Origin: an uncultured delta proteobacterium
GTDB taxonomy: Bacteria; Desulfobacterota; RBG-13-43-22
NCBI GenBank assembly: GCA_963790475.1
Contig: CAWBOS010000006.1
Location: 288,001 to 352,000 of the forward strand
Length of the DNA: 64,000 bases
Direction: 5' to 3'
Positions 12,355 to 22,279 of this stretch are shown one piece after another (the first letter of the stretch is position 1; every line of letters begins with the position of its first letter). The position numbers and the translations under genes are program-made. The notes beneath the pieces are model-generated. The model ran no database searches. It had not been told where the DNA came from and saw only the letters and a program-made list of their open reading frames with translations.

Positions 12355-12819
12355 AAAGCACCTCCTCCACGTTCACTTTTCTTCCAGAATAATTTTATGA
12401 TTGACCAATGATAGTTGCTTGATTCTGCCATCTAAGAACCCTATTTTCATGACCTGCTTTTCTTCAAGAAACCCATTAGTGTTTTAATGAAGGAAGTATA
12501 AAATGAAGGGGACTTGGTAGTCAAGGGGATAAATAAATAATGGGGAAATAAACTTGATGAATCGTAAGGGGTCATCTTCAGGCGCAGGCGAGAATCCGCC
12601 CCCTACGAAACCAATTGAAACACGGGGGGATTCTCGCTCCCCGATCCGGGGCAGGACCGGTTTCACCCGAATGATTTAACCGGGCCTTCGGCGACTTTTT
12701 AAGAATGCATCAATCTTGAGCTTTGAACTTGACCCTTTTGATGAAATGTTATTATATGAATTTTTACCCTATAGTTCCAAAAGAAGTCAAAAATCCGGAA
12801 TCAAAAAGAGGCTAGTCTG

Positions 12820-13857
12820 ATGAACATTACATCGATATTGCTGTTGTTCGGAGGGGGAGTCGTGGTCGGACTTTTTTCTTCCCATCCTGTTGAAGCTTCT
12901 TAATTTCCAATTCTTCACCGACCTGACGGCCCTGGTGACCCGCCGGCTGGCCAGTCTGTCGGCTGGGATTGGACGTTTTTTTCGAAACCGTGGGGATTAC
13001 GGGGGGATGGAGGCCTTGGTCTCCCGGCAAGTGGATCCCCGGGAGCAGCAAATAAACGATTCGGCACAGGAAATCCGGACCATCCTGCTGATCCTGACAG
13101 GCCTTCTCCGGCGAAGCAGCCAGGCGGCCAGTGATTCTTCTTCAACCCCTGGAGATGCCGCACCACCATTGACGACCTGCAGCCTCTTCAAAATCTGGGT
13201 AAGGTTCATGATCTCCTTATCCGGGAGATTGACCGGGTAATCTCCAGCAACATGACTCTGAAAGAAGAACTGGCCCGCTCCCAGGAAAGTCTGGAGGCGC
13301 AGCGCAAACAAATCGATAACCTTAAAACCGCCGTCCGAATTGACGGTCTGACCCAGCTTGCCAATCGGGTGTATTTCGACGAGAAGCTGATTGAGATGGT
13401 TAATTTGCAAAACCGTTATCAGGACCCGTTTTCATTACTGATGATCGATGTGGACAATTTTAAGGTGATCAACGACTCCCTCGGCCACCAGGCCGGTGAC
13501 CGTATTCTCAAGGGGATCGCTTTAAAACTAAAAGCCAGTATCCGGGAAAGTGACTTTATGGCCCGCTTCGGAGGTGATGAGTTCGCCCTTATTCTCTCCA
13601 AGACACAGAATCCACCGGCGATTGAGGTGGGATGGAAGATATGCCGTTCCATGGAAGAGAGCCGTTTTCTCTTGGACAGAAAGGAGTTCTCTGTAACACT
13701 TTCCCTCGGGGTTACCGAGATGGCGGCTGGTGACACACCGGAGACCCTGGTCAATCGGGCTGATCGGGCCCTTTACCAAGCCAAGCAAGAGGGACGAAAT
13801 AGAGCGATAATGGCTCCCCTCCCTCCGGAAACTTCCGCTGGTCCCGGGGAAGATTAG
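12820..13857 (+). pseudogene. Membrane-anchored diguanylate cyclase (GGDEF), frameshifted in the N-terminal half
   Basis: ATG 12820 MNITSILLLFGGGVVVGLF; shift in T6 run ~12872; further shift(s) at ~13145-13165; intact DGLTQLANR...RFGGDEF domain in 13252-13857. Confidence 0.75.
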
Positions 13858-13982
13858 CCAAGGTAAACACCTCCCGCCCATTTTGGGCAGGATACAAAAC
13901 TATTTCACATCTCAAAATCAATTCCTTTCCTCATTCGATGAAAGAAGGGGGTGGGGGATTAAAAGAAGGAGAGCCGAATCTA

Positions 13983-14912
13983 ATGAAAAAAGCGGTATAT
14001 CATGGCATTTGTGATTTGCGGATTGAAGAGGTGCCCGAACCCATGCCCGGACCGGGACAAGTAAAGGTCAAGGTTAAATATTGTGGTATTTGCGGATCGG
14101 ATTTGCACGAATACCTTCATGGGCCATTTCCTCAAAGTCCCTTTGGCCATGAGGCTTGCGGCCTAATCGTTGAAATCGGCCAAGGGGTGAGCGGATTTCA
14201 AAAAGGAGATCCTGTGCTGGCATTCCAAAAAGGGGCTTATGCCGAATACCTGGTATTGCCTAAAGAAAGGGTGATCAGAAAACCCGAGGATATGAGCTGG
14301 GACCGGGCTGCCGTAGTCGAACCTTTGTCCGGGGCTGCTTATGCCATCGAAAAAGGAGGTATCCGAACGGACGATACCGTCCTGATCGCCGGTTGCGGCC
14401 CGGTGGGGCTTATGGCCCTGCTGGGTCTCAAAGCGATGGGTCTGGAGAAAATTTATATGACGGATCCTTCGGAAGCAAGAAGAAAAAAAGCCGAAGAGCT
14501 GGGGGCAACCCTGGTTTTGAATCCTCTGATCGACAAAATCCCTCCTCAGATCAAAGGACTTTCCGGCGGCCGGGGTGTGGATGTAGCCATTGAGGCCGTG
14601 GGTATCGAAGCCACCCTGAAGGATTGCCTGGCGTCCGTCCGCTATCAGGGCAAGGTCATTGTTCAGGGAATTTTTACCGACCGGGCTGCCGTGCATATGC
14701 TCGGATTTGTCACCCGGGAGACGACCATGATCGGTACCAACTCCATCAATCCTGCCTTGGCTATGGCCTGGATCGAGACCAAAAAGATCCGGCCGGAGTT
14801 GATTATCACCAAGATTATTCCTTTGGAGCAGATCTCCGAGGGCTTTGAAGCCTTGGCCCAGAAAACGAAGGAGCAGATCAAGATCCTGGTAGCACCGGAA
14901 ATGAAGACTTAA
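13983..14912 (+). CDS. Zn-dependent medium-chain alcohol dehydrogenase (butanediol/sorbitol DH-like)
   Basis: CGICGSDLH, GHE, GCGPVG; RBS AAGGAG before ATG 13983. Confidence 0.9.
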   Translation: MKKAVYHGICDLRIEEVPEPMPGPGQVKVKVKYCGICGSDLHEYLHGPFPQSPFGHEACGLIVEIGQGVSGFQKGDPVLAFQKGAYAEYLVLPKERVIRKPEDMSWDRAAVVEPLSGAAYAIEKGGIRTDDTVLIAGCGPVGLMALLGLKAMGLEKIYMTDPSEARRKKAEELGATLVLNPLIDKIPPQIKGLSGGRGVDVAIEAVGIEATLKDCLASVRYQGKVIVQGIFTDRAAVHMLGFVTRETTMIGTNSINPALAMAWIETKKIRPELIITKIIPLEQISEGFEALAQKTKEQIKILVAPEMKT

Positions 14913-15074
14913 ACTTCAAGGCCGTATCGATGCTTTTTATTGGCTTTGACCTCTCCTTAATCTTTTGCTTTTTTTCAGGAAAAAAAACAGAAGGGAAAGA
15001 GGCCGGTGGCTGACCCTTTTCCTTCTGTTTCCGTAAATAATTCGTCACCAAGTCATTTCTCCGACATGCAATCC

Positions 15075-15412
15075 CATTTTTCCAATTTCGTCAAGCCAAC
15101 CCGGGAAAGGTAACCTATGCCACACCCGGAACAGGGACAAGCCTCCATCTCACCATGGAAATGTTGGCCCTTAAACAAGGCATCCAATGGACCCATGTTC
15201 CATTCAAAGGAAATGCGGAAACAACCGAGGCCGTTTTAGCCGGTCAGGTTACGGTTGCCGCCGATGCCTCCGGGTGGGGTCCTAAGGTTGAATCCGGAGA
15301 CCTTCGCCTTTTGGTTACCTGGGGGGACAATCGATCTGCCCGATGGCATAATGTCCCCATCTTAGCTATATATAAAGCCCCCTCGTTGACCCTGTTCGCC
15401 GCCTTGAACTGA
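15075..15412 (+). pseudogene. Fragment of tripartite tricarboxylate transporter substrate-binding protein (Bug/TctC)
   Basis: ..ANPGKVTYATPGTGTSLHLTME..THVPFKG...AVLAGQV; lacks N- and C-termini. Confidence 0.75.
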
Positions 15413-15610
15413 AGGGTCAGCGAGGGGGGGCTGATTTTTAGCCTGTTTTTTCTTTCTGCCCTGTTGTCCCAACAAAAAAGGCTGTCATTTCCATCCCACC
15501 CATAAAATCTTGTTGACTTTTCTATGATATTTTTATTTGATGAAGAGAGACAATCCATAAAACGGAATTAAGGACTAAAAAAGCTCTACCATTCTTGAAA
15601 GGGAGGAACA

Positions 15611-17110
15611 ATGAGAACCAAAGAACAGTATATCCAGGGTCTATCCAAGATGAAGAGGAATATTTATTTTGACGGCCAGCGGATCGACCGAACAGACGAG
15701 CTCCAGCAGGACTGCTTCAGTACCATCGGCACCACCTATGATGAAGCCGCCAAGCCGGAGAACCAGGACCTGTGCACGGCCATCTCCCATCTTACGGGAG
15801 AAAGAATCAACCGCTTCACCCATGTCCATCAAAATACTGAAGACCTGCACCGGAAGCAGGACATGACCCGCATGCTCTGCCAGAAGGTGGGAGGCTGTAT
15901 CCAGCGCTGCATGGGAATCGACGGTACCAACGCCGTTTACAATGTTTCTTACGAGGCGGATAAACAGAACAACGGGGCCACCCAATATCATGAGAACTTT
16001 AAGAAGTGGCTGACCCGCTTCCAGACCGAAGACCTGGTGGGGTGCTGTGCCCAAACGGATGTCAAGGGAGACCGGCTGCAAAGGCCGGCCGATCAGGAGA
16101 ATCCGGACGCTTATGTGCGGATCAAGGAGAGACGCAAGGACGGCATCGTGGTCAGCGGCTGCAAGGTCCACATTTCAGAGGCCTCCGTGGCCGACGAGGT
16201 ACTGGTGCTCCCCACCCGGGCTTTGCGACCCGAGGATAAGGATTATGCCGTGGCCTTCGCCGTTCCCGGTGACTGGGACGGGTTGAAGCAGGTGGTTACC
16301 ATTCACAACCTCCGCTCCAGAGAACATTTCAAGCGGGGATTTGTTCCGGGTGCTACAGATTCTTACATGATTTTTGACGACTGCTTCGTCCCCTGGGAAC
16401 GGGTCTTCCTGGCCGGCGAATGGCAGCATGGAGGGGTATTGGCCCTGCTATTCGCCCTGTTCCATCGTCACTCTTATTCGGGCTGCAAACCGGCTATCGG
16501 GGATGTCTTGCTGGGTACCGCAGCCCTGGCCGCTGAAGTGAACAATATCCATAAAGCCTCTCATGTCCGGGAGAAACTGGCCGAGATCATCATGACCACC
16601 GAATTGGGTTATGCCGCCGGATACACGGCCTCCGACCTGGGAAAGCCGGAGGTCTATATGCCCGGGGTGGGCTTTGTACCCTACGGCCCCGGCTCCTATA
16701 TCCCCAATTCAATCTACTGCAACGTCGGCCGCTGTTTGACCGGTGAGGCGGTTTATCGGGAAACGGAGATCCTTTGCGATCTGGCCGGCGGTGTGGTGGC
16801 TACCTTCCCTCATGAGAAAGACTTTGTTAATCCGGATATCAAGAATCTGCTTCTCAAGTACACCAAGCGTAATCCAAAGATGGCCGTGGAGGATCAGGCC
16901 CAGTTCTGGCGTTACCTGGGGGATATGATGTGTTCGGCTACAGGCGGGATCAATAACGTGGGCAATTACCACGGAGGCGGCTCTCCGATAATGGAACAGA
17001 TCGCCATCACCACCCAGTACGACATTGAGGCCAGGAAGAAACTGGTTAAGTATATTGCCGGAATGAGCGGGGGAGACCGCGAGGCCATGACCAGGCTTGG
17101 AAAAAAGTAA
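15611..17110 (+). CDS. 4-hydroxybutyryl-CoA dehydratase / HpaB-family FAD-[4Fe-4S] protein
   Basis: CIQRC and HRHSYSGC cluster ligands, AQTDVKGDR, FVPWERVF, HGGGSP. Confidence 0.85.
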   Translation: MRTKEQYIQGLSKMKRNIYFDGQRIDRTDELQQDCFSTIGTTYDEAAKPENQDLCTAISHLTGERINRFTHVHQNTEDLHRKQDMTRMLCQKVGGCIQRCMGIDGTNAVYNVSYEADKQNNGATQYHENFKKWLTRFQTEDLVGCCAQTDVKGDRLQRPADQENPDAYVRIKERRKDGIVVSGCKVHISEASVADEVLVLPTRALRPEDKDYAVAFAVPGDWDGLKQVVTIHNLRSREHFKRGFVPGATDSYMIFDDCFVPWERVFLAGEWQHGGVLALLFALFHRHSYSGCKPAIGDVLLGTAALAAEVNNIHKASHVREKLAEIIMTTELGYAAGYTASDLGKPEVYMPGVGFVPYGPGSYIPNSIYCNVGRCLTGEAVYRETEILCDLAGGVVATFPHEKDFVNPDIKNLLLKYTKRNPKMAVEDQAQFWRYLGDMMCSATGGINNVGNYHGGGSPIMEQIAITTQYDIEARKKLVKYIAGMSGGDREAMTRLGKK

Positions 17111-17152
17111 TCCCAAATCGCAGTACAAATAAATTATAGGCTTAAGTTTATC

Positions 17153-17190
17153 GTGCCCCTTCCCGTTAGATCGGTAAGGGGCACTTTTTT
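17153..17190 (+). terminator. Intrinsic terminator
   Basis: GTGCCCCTT...AAGGGGCAC followed by T6. Confidence 0.8.
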
Positions 17191-17241
17191 CCCCCCTGCG
17201 TTGGTATAGACACTATCAGAATGAATCGCGGATAAGGAAGG

Positions 17242-18291
17242 GTGATGACCATGCGGGACAAACCTTGTTTTGCCGGGACGATGATGGGGGCGGTGCCTTA
17301 TCGGGAAATGGACCGGGCCTCTGAAGTTATTCTGAAATGCCTTCCGGAGGCGCCAAGTCTTCCGATCATGACCAGAGGCATCCGCTGGATGCTGGAGGGC
17401 ATACCCTGTCTGGTGTTCGACCGGGAAAGACGTATCGTTTATTTCGACCTGTCAACGGAAAGAGAAGGAGAAATTCTGGATTTCTATGACCGGATTGAGG
17501 CCGACGATTTGGACTATTTCGCCACTACCTCAAAAACAGCTCCATTTTTTTATCATATGATGGAGCGGATACAGAGTTCCCGGCCTTCCGGACTCAAATG
17601 GGTGGTTTTCCATACCTCCGGACCGTTGTTGTTTGGCGACATGCTCAAACAGGCCGACGGTACCCCTTCGATCCACAATGAAACCCTGCGGGATATCCTG
17701 ATCAAAGGACTGAACGCCAAAGCCCGGTGGCTGGAAAAAAAGATCAGGGCGGAAATCCCGGACGTTGAGGTGGTGGCTGATTTGCCGGAAACCACCCTGG
17801 TCAATTTTACTTCCTCGGCCGGAACCGGATCCCGGAAAGAAATTATTGAGGCCATCAACTTGAGCTTTGAAAATATAAACGGCCTGGCCTGGGTTCACTG
17901 CTGCGCTAATATCGATTGGTCGCTCCTATTCGAATCCCAGGTGCAAGTCGTCAATTTCGACGCCTACCAGCATGCCGAGAATGTCGCCCTTTATGCCAAG
18001 GAGGTCCAATCCTTCTTGAAGCGGGGAGGGATGTTGGGCTGGGGTATTGTCCCGGTGGTCAGCGATCATCTCCAGGGAGAAAATAGCGAGAGTCTTATTC
18101 AAAGGCTGGAGCAAGGGATCGAACGTCTGGTGCGGCAAGGGATCGATGAAAGGACCCTGGCCGAGTCTTCCTGGGTCCTGCCTTCCTGCGAGACGGTTCT
18201 TCTCACTCCAGAAGAGTCCGATCGGGCTTTAAAAATAACCAGTGAGATTTCTCGAGCGATGAAAAAGAAGTACGGCTTCGAACATCGTTGA
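17242..18291 (+). CDS. Core (single-domain) MetE-like / URO-D-CIMS superfamily Zn methyltransferase
   Basis: WVHCCAN and LPSC zinc ligands, FDAY, GWGIVP. Confidence 0.7.
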   Translation: MMTMRDKPCFAGTMMGAVPYREMDRASEVILKCLPEAPSLPIMTRGIRWMLEGIPCLVFDRERRIVYFDLSTEREGEILDFYDRIEADDLDYFATTSKTAPFFYHMMERIQSSRPSGLKWVVFHTSGPLLFGDMLKQADGTPSIHNETLRDILIKGLNAKARWLEKKIRAEIPDVEVVADLPETTLVNFTSSAGTGSRKEIIEAINLSFENINGLAWVHCCANIDWSLLFESQVQVVNFDAYQHAENVALYAKEVQSFLKRGGMLGWGIVPVVSDHLQGENSESLIQRLEQGIERLVRQGIDERTLAESSWVLPSCETVLLTPEESDRALKITSEISRAMKKKYGFEHR

Positions 18292-18312
18292 AAACAGGAC
18301 AACTTCCTTTTC

Positions 18313-18592
18313 TGCCACAGACCCACACGGACAAAAGGCGGACAGAGACTTGTCTCTCACAGAGCGCACAGAGGCGCTGAGAATAAAAATGTTTTCATTG
18401 CCAGTGAGGGTCCGGCAATGAAAAACCAGTCATGCGCTATCGCGCACTCTGGCCGAAGGCCGGAGAGGTTATGAAAAATCGGCCTCTCACCGATTTTTTA
18501 TAAAATATGGTCTTCTTTCTTTGAGAACTCTGCGGGCCCGAGTGACCGTAGGGAACGGGCGAGAGGAAAAATTAGTGCCTTTGTCTGTGACA
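18313..18592. repeat. Miniature inverted-repeat element with nested hairpins
   Basis: Ends TGCCACAGAC / GTCTGTGACA; internal hairpins TTTTCATTGCC..GGCAATGAAAA and AAAATCGG..CCGATTTT; left end shared with 45964. Confidence 0.6.
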
Positions 18593-18648
18593 AAAAAAAT
18601 GCTTTATTTATTAAATGGTGTAATAGGGAAGACAAACAGGGAGGAATA

Positions 18649-19506
18649 ATGCCATTCACACAGATCGATTACGAAAAGCGCGGCTCTGTGACGATCATCC
18701 GCTTCAACCGACCGAAGGTGCTCAACTGCATTGGTCTGACCACCCACCGGGAATTGGTCCAAGCCTGGTCGCAGTTCCGCGAAGACGATGAAGCTAAAGT
18801 AGCCGTCATTACCGGTATGGGTGACCGGGCTTTCTGCGCTGGAGGGGATCTCAAATCCGAAGGAGACTTGGTCCCCATGACCCCCTCGGAGATCGCTGCT
18901 CACAACCGGGGTGAGCGCCCGGGGATTCTCGGCCCCTCCCGGTGGACGGACATCTATAAGCCCATCATCGCCGCCGTCAATGGTGTCGCCTATGCCGGGG
19001 GACTCGAGTGGGCCTGTTTCGCCGATATCCGGATCGCCGAGGAGCAGGCCTCCTTCGGTGTGACCTGCCGGCGCTGGAATATCGGATTGGCTGATGGAGG
19101 CACCCAACGGCTGCCCCGGATCATCGGGATGGGCCGCGCCCTGGAGCTTATCATCACCGGCCGGGTGATTGATGCCCAGGAGGCCGAACGCATCGGCCTG
19201 GTCAGCGAAGTGGTTCCCAAGGGCAAGTCTCTGGAACGAGCCCTGGAGCTGGCCGAGTATATCTGCAGTCTTCCCCAGCCGGCCATCCGAACCGACAAGG
19301 AAGCCGCCGTCCGCGGTTTTGGGCTACCCCTTTCCGAAGGCTTAAGGATCGAGGCCGAGTGCTTCAACCGCTCTATTCATGATCCGGCTACTTTGGAGGG
19401 TCTGCGTCAGTTCAACCAGCGGGATCACCCGGATCGCCGGCGCGATCAACGGCCGCAGACACCGGGTTTGGTCAGGGATGAGGGTAGGGACGAGAGCGTG
19501 GTCTAA
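18649..19506 (+). CDS. Enoyl-CoA hydratase/isomerase family protein
   Basis: FNRP..LN, AFCAGGDL, KPIIAAVNG.AYAGG, GGTQRLPR. Confidence 0.92.
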   Translation: MPFTQIDYEKRGSVTIIRFNRPKVLNCIGLTTHRELVQAWSQFREDDEAKVAVITGMGDRAFCAGGDLKSEGDLVPMTPSEIAAHNRGERPGILGPSRWTDIYKPIIAAVNGVAYAGGLEWACFADIRIAEEQASFGVTCRRWNIGLADGGTQRLPRIIGMGRALELIITGRVIDAQEAERIGLVSEVVPKGKSLERALELAEYICSLPQPAIRTDKEAAVRGFGLPLSEGLRIEAECFNRSIHDPATLEGLRQFNQRDHPDRRRDQRPQTPGLVRDEGRDESVV

Positions 19507-19682
19507 GCTCAGGGAGAAGGAAAGGATGATTTCTTAACAATCCAATGCCTCCTTATTCTGAACAGTTGCCGTGGCCTGACCTCTTTTTGGTTTTCAATGA
19601 AGCTTAAAAGAAAAAAGGCTTTGATCTCAAAGAAAAACAAGCACGATATGGCAGGAAAAAGAATTTTTAAGATGGGCCTCCT

Positions 19683-19735
19683 GACCAGATAGACTATATA
19701 GACCAAACAGACCAGAAAGACCAGAGGACCAGAAA
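19683..19735. repeat. Degenerate 9-bp tandem array (GACCAGAWA x6)
   Basis: GACCAGATA GACTATATA GACCAAACA GACCAGAAA GACCAGAG GACCAGAAA. Confidence 0.75.
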
Positions 19736-19915
19736 AAGTTGACTTTAACCGTTTGTTATGGTTTATATTATAAAATTTTAATTTTGGCTTTAATGATTCC
19801 GGCAACCCCAAACCGAAAGGCTGGTCCATGAAGCAGTCCGATAATACCCCATTTTTTAATAAACGAGATGGGGTTTTTGTTTTGGACTCTGCAAAGTATT
19901 TCATGTGATAAGAAT

Positions 19916-22273
19916 ATGAAGAAAGCCTTTAGCGAACGCGATATTTGCTCCAAGTACATTACTCCTGCATTAACCTCTGTCGGTTGGGACCTCCATCATC
20001 AGATTCGAGAAGAGGTCGGTTTTACCAAGGGCCGAATCATTGTTCGAGGAAAGCTGATTACCCGAGGGAAGGCCAAACGGGCTGATTATATTCTTTACTT
20101 CAAACCCAACATCCCCATCGCCCTGATAGAAGCCAAAGATAACACGCATTCTCTAAGTTCCGGTATGCAGCAGGCGTTGGCCTATGCTGATATCCTGGAC
20201 ATCCCCTTTGTTTATAGCTCGAACGGCGACGGCTTTATGGAACATGACCGCACGATTGTCACAGGAAAGATTGAGAAGGAGCTCTCCTTAACTGAATTTC
20301 CATCCCCGGAAACCCTCTGGCAACGATATCTGGATTGGAAGGCGATTCCTTTGGAATCCGAATCTTGCCTGACCCAGGACTACTATGTGGAGCCAGACTG
20401 GAAAACCCCGAGATATTATCAGGTCATAGCTATTAATAAGACTATGGAGGCCATCGCCAAAGGACAGAATCGTATCCTTTTAGTTATGGCCACCGGGACC
20501 GGCAAGACTTTTACCGCCTTTCAGATCATCTGGCGTTTATGGAAATCCGGCAGAAAAAAACGCATTCTCTATCTGGCGGATCGCAATATCCTGATTGACC
20601 AGACCATGACCAATGACTTTAAGCCTTTTGGTAAGGTTTTGACCAAGATTAAAAATCGGAAGGTAGACAAGTCTTACGAGATTTTCCTGGCTCTCTATCA
20701 GGGTATATCCGGCACGGAAGAGTTCAGGAATATTTACCGCGAATTCTCCCCTGATTTCTTTGATCTGATCATGATCGATGAATGTCATCGGGGCAGTGCC
20801 GCCGAGGATTCCGCCTGGCGTGAGATTCTGGATTATTTTAATAAGGCTACCCAAATCGGTATGACCGCAACACCCAAGGAAACCCGATTTATATCCAATA
20901 TCCATTATTTTGGTGAACCGATTTATGTCTACTCCTTAAAACAAGGTATTGATGACGGCTTTCTGGCCCCTTACAAGGTGGTACGTATTGATCTGGACAA
21001 GGATTTCGGCTGGCGTCCGGAACGGGGGAAACTCGATAAATTTGGGGCGGAGGTGCCGGATCGGGTCTATAACCAAAAGGACTATGATCGCGAGATGGTC
21101 CTGGAGCAACGAACCGAAGTTGTAGCTCAGAAGGTAACCGAATTCCTGAAGAAGACCGACCGGTTTGATAAGACCATCGTTTTCTGTGAAGATATAGACC
21201 ATGCCGAGCGGATGCGGGTAGCCTTGGTGAATGAGAATCCGGACATGGTTTCTAAAAGCAATCGATATATTATGCGAATTACCGGCGATAACGAAGAAGG
21301 CAAGCTGGAGCTGGATAACTTCATCGACCCCGAAAGTCCCTATCCGGTTATCGTCACTACCTCCAGGCTCATGACCACCGGCGTGGATGCTCAAACTTGC
21401 AAGTTGATCGTTCTGGATAAATCCATCAACTCCATGATCGAATTTAAGCAGATCATCGGCCGGGGCACCCGTATCAACGAAGAGTATGGTAAGTTTTTCT
21501 TCACCATTATGGATTTCCGCAGGGCAACAGAACTTTTTGCTGATCCCGCTTTTGACGGGGAACCGGTGCAGATTTATGAGCCGGGGCCGCAAGACCCTCC
21601 GGTCCCCCCAGATGAACCCGGAGGAGAAGATGATAAAGATATTATCGGTGATCCTCCTCCACCCGGACCGGGGGGCGATGAAGGGGGTGGCGGAGGCGAG
21701 GAAGGCCGGACTAAATATTATGTCAATGACGTACCGGTTTTTGTGCTCCGTCAACGGGTTCAGTATTACGGCCCGGACGGTAAACTCATCACCGAATCAC
21801 TGAAAGATTACACCCGTAAGAATGTCCTCAAAGAATATGCCTCTTTGGACGATTTCTTAAGAAAATGGACTGGCGCGGATAAAAAGCAGGCGGTGCTTGA
21901 AGAACTATATGAACAAGGGGTAATATTCGAAGCCCTGGCCGAAGAAGTTGGAAAAGACTTCGATCCTTTTGACTTGATTTGCCATGTCGCCTTCGATCAG
22001 CCGCCTCTGACCCGGCGGGAACGGGCCGATAATGTTCGGAAGCGTGATGTTTTCACCAAGTATGGAGAGCAAGCCCGGGCCGTGCTGGAAGCCTTACTTT
22101 TGAAATACCAGGATGACGAGGTCACCGAACTCGACGACCCGCAAATCCTGAGAATCGCGCCCTTCGATACCATGGGCACCCCGATGGAGCTCCTGAAACC
22201 CTTTGGAGACCTCAAAGGTTTCGAGCAAGCTGTCCATGACCTCCAAGCCGCACTCTACGAAAAGGCAGCCTGA
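19916..22273 (+). CDS. hsdR: Type I restriction endonuclease subunit R (EcoAI/EcoEI-like)
   Basis: ADY...IEAK nuclease motif, MATGTGKT, DECHRGSA, QIIGRGTR, EcoEI-type C-terminus. Confidence 0.95.
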   Translation: MKKAFSERDICSKYITPALTSVGWDLHHQIREEVGFTKGRIIVRGKLITRGKAKRADYILYFKPNIPIALIEAKDNTHSLSSGMQQALAYADILDIPFVYSSNGDGFMEHDRTIVTGKIEKELSLTEFPSPETLWQRYLDWKAIPLESESCLTQDYYVEPDWKTPRYYQVIAINKTMEAIAKGQNRILLVMATGTGKTFTAFQIIWRLWKSGRKKRILYLADRNILIDQTMTNDFKPFGKVLTKIKNRKVDKSYEIFLALYQGISGTEEFRNIYREFSPDFFDLIMIDECHRGSAAEDSAWREILDYFNKATQIGMTATPKETRFISNIHYFGEPIYVYSLKQGIDDGFLAPYKVVRIDLDKDFGWRPERGKLDKFGAEVPDRVYNQKDYDREMVLEQRTEVVAQKVTEFLKKTDRFDKTIVFCEDIDHAERMRVALVNENPDMVSKSNRYIMRITGDNEEGKLELDNFIDPESPYPVIVTTSRLMTTGVDAQTCKLIVLDKSINSMIEFKQIIGRGTRINEEYGKFFFTIMDFRRATELFADPAFDGEPVQIYEPGPQDPPVPPDEPGGEDDKDIIGDPPPPGPGGDEGGGGGEEGRTKYYVNDVPVFVLRQRVQYYGPDGKLITESLKDYTRKNVLKEYASLDDFLRKWTGADKKQAVLEELYEQGVIFEALAEEVGKDFDPFDLICHVAFDQPPLTRRERADNVRKRDVFTKYGEQARAVLEALLLKYQDDEVTELDDPQILRIAPFDTMGTPMELLKPFGDLKGFEQAVHDLQAALYEKAA

Positions 22274-22279
22274 TCGATT

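Noticed and set aside
19683-19735. Possible CRISPR or iteron array
   Set aside because: 9-bp contiguous units with no spacers and no adjacent rep gene.
19509-19959. ORFs of 131 and 63 aa on the - strand before hsdR
   Set aside because: Low-complexity translation of the 9-mer array and AT-rich intergenic DNA.
21580-21710. Pro/Gly/acidic stretch in HsdR as an insertion or intein
   Set aside because: Low-complexity linker usual before the C-terminal domain of this HsdR type; no intein motifs.
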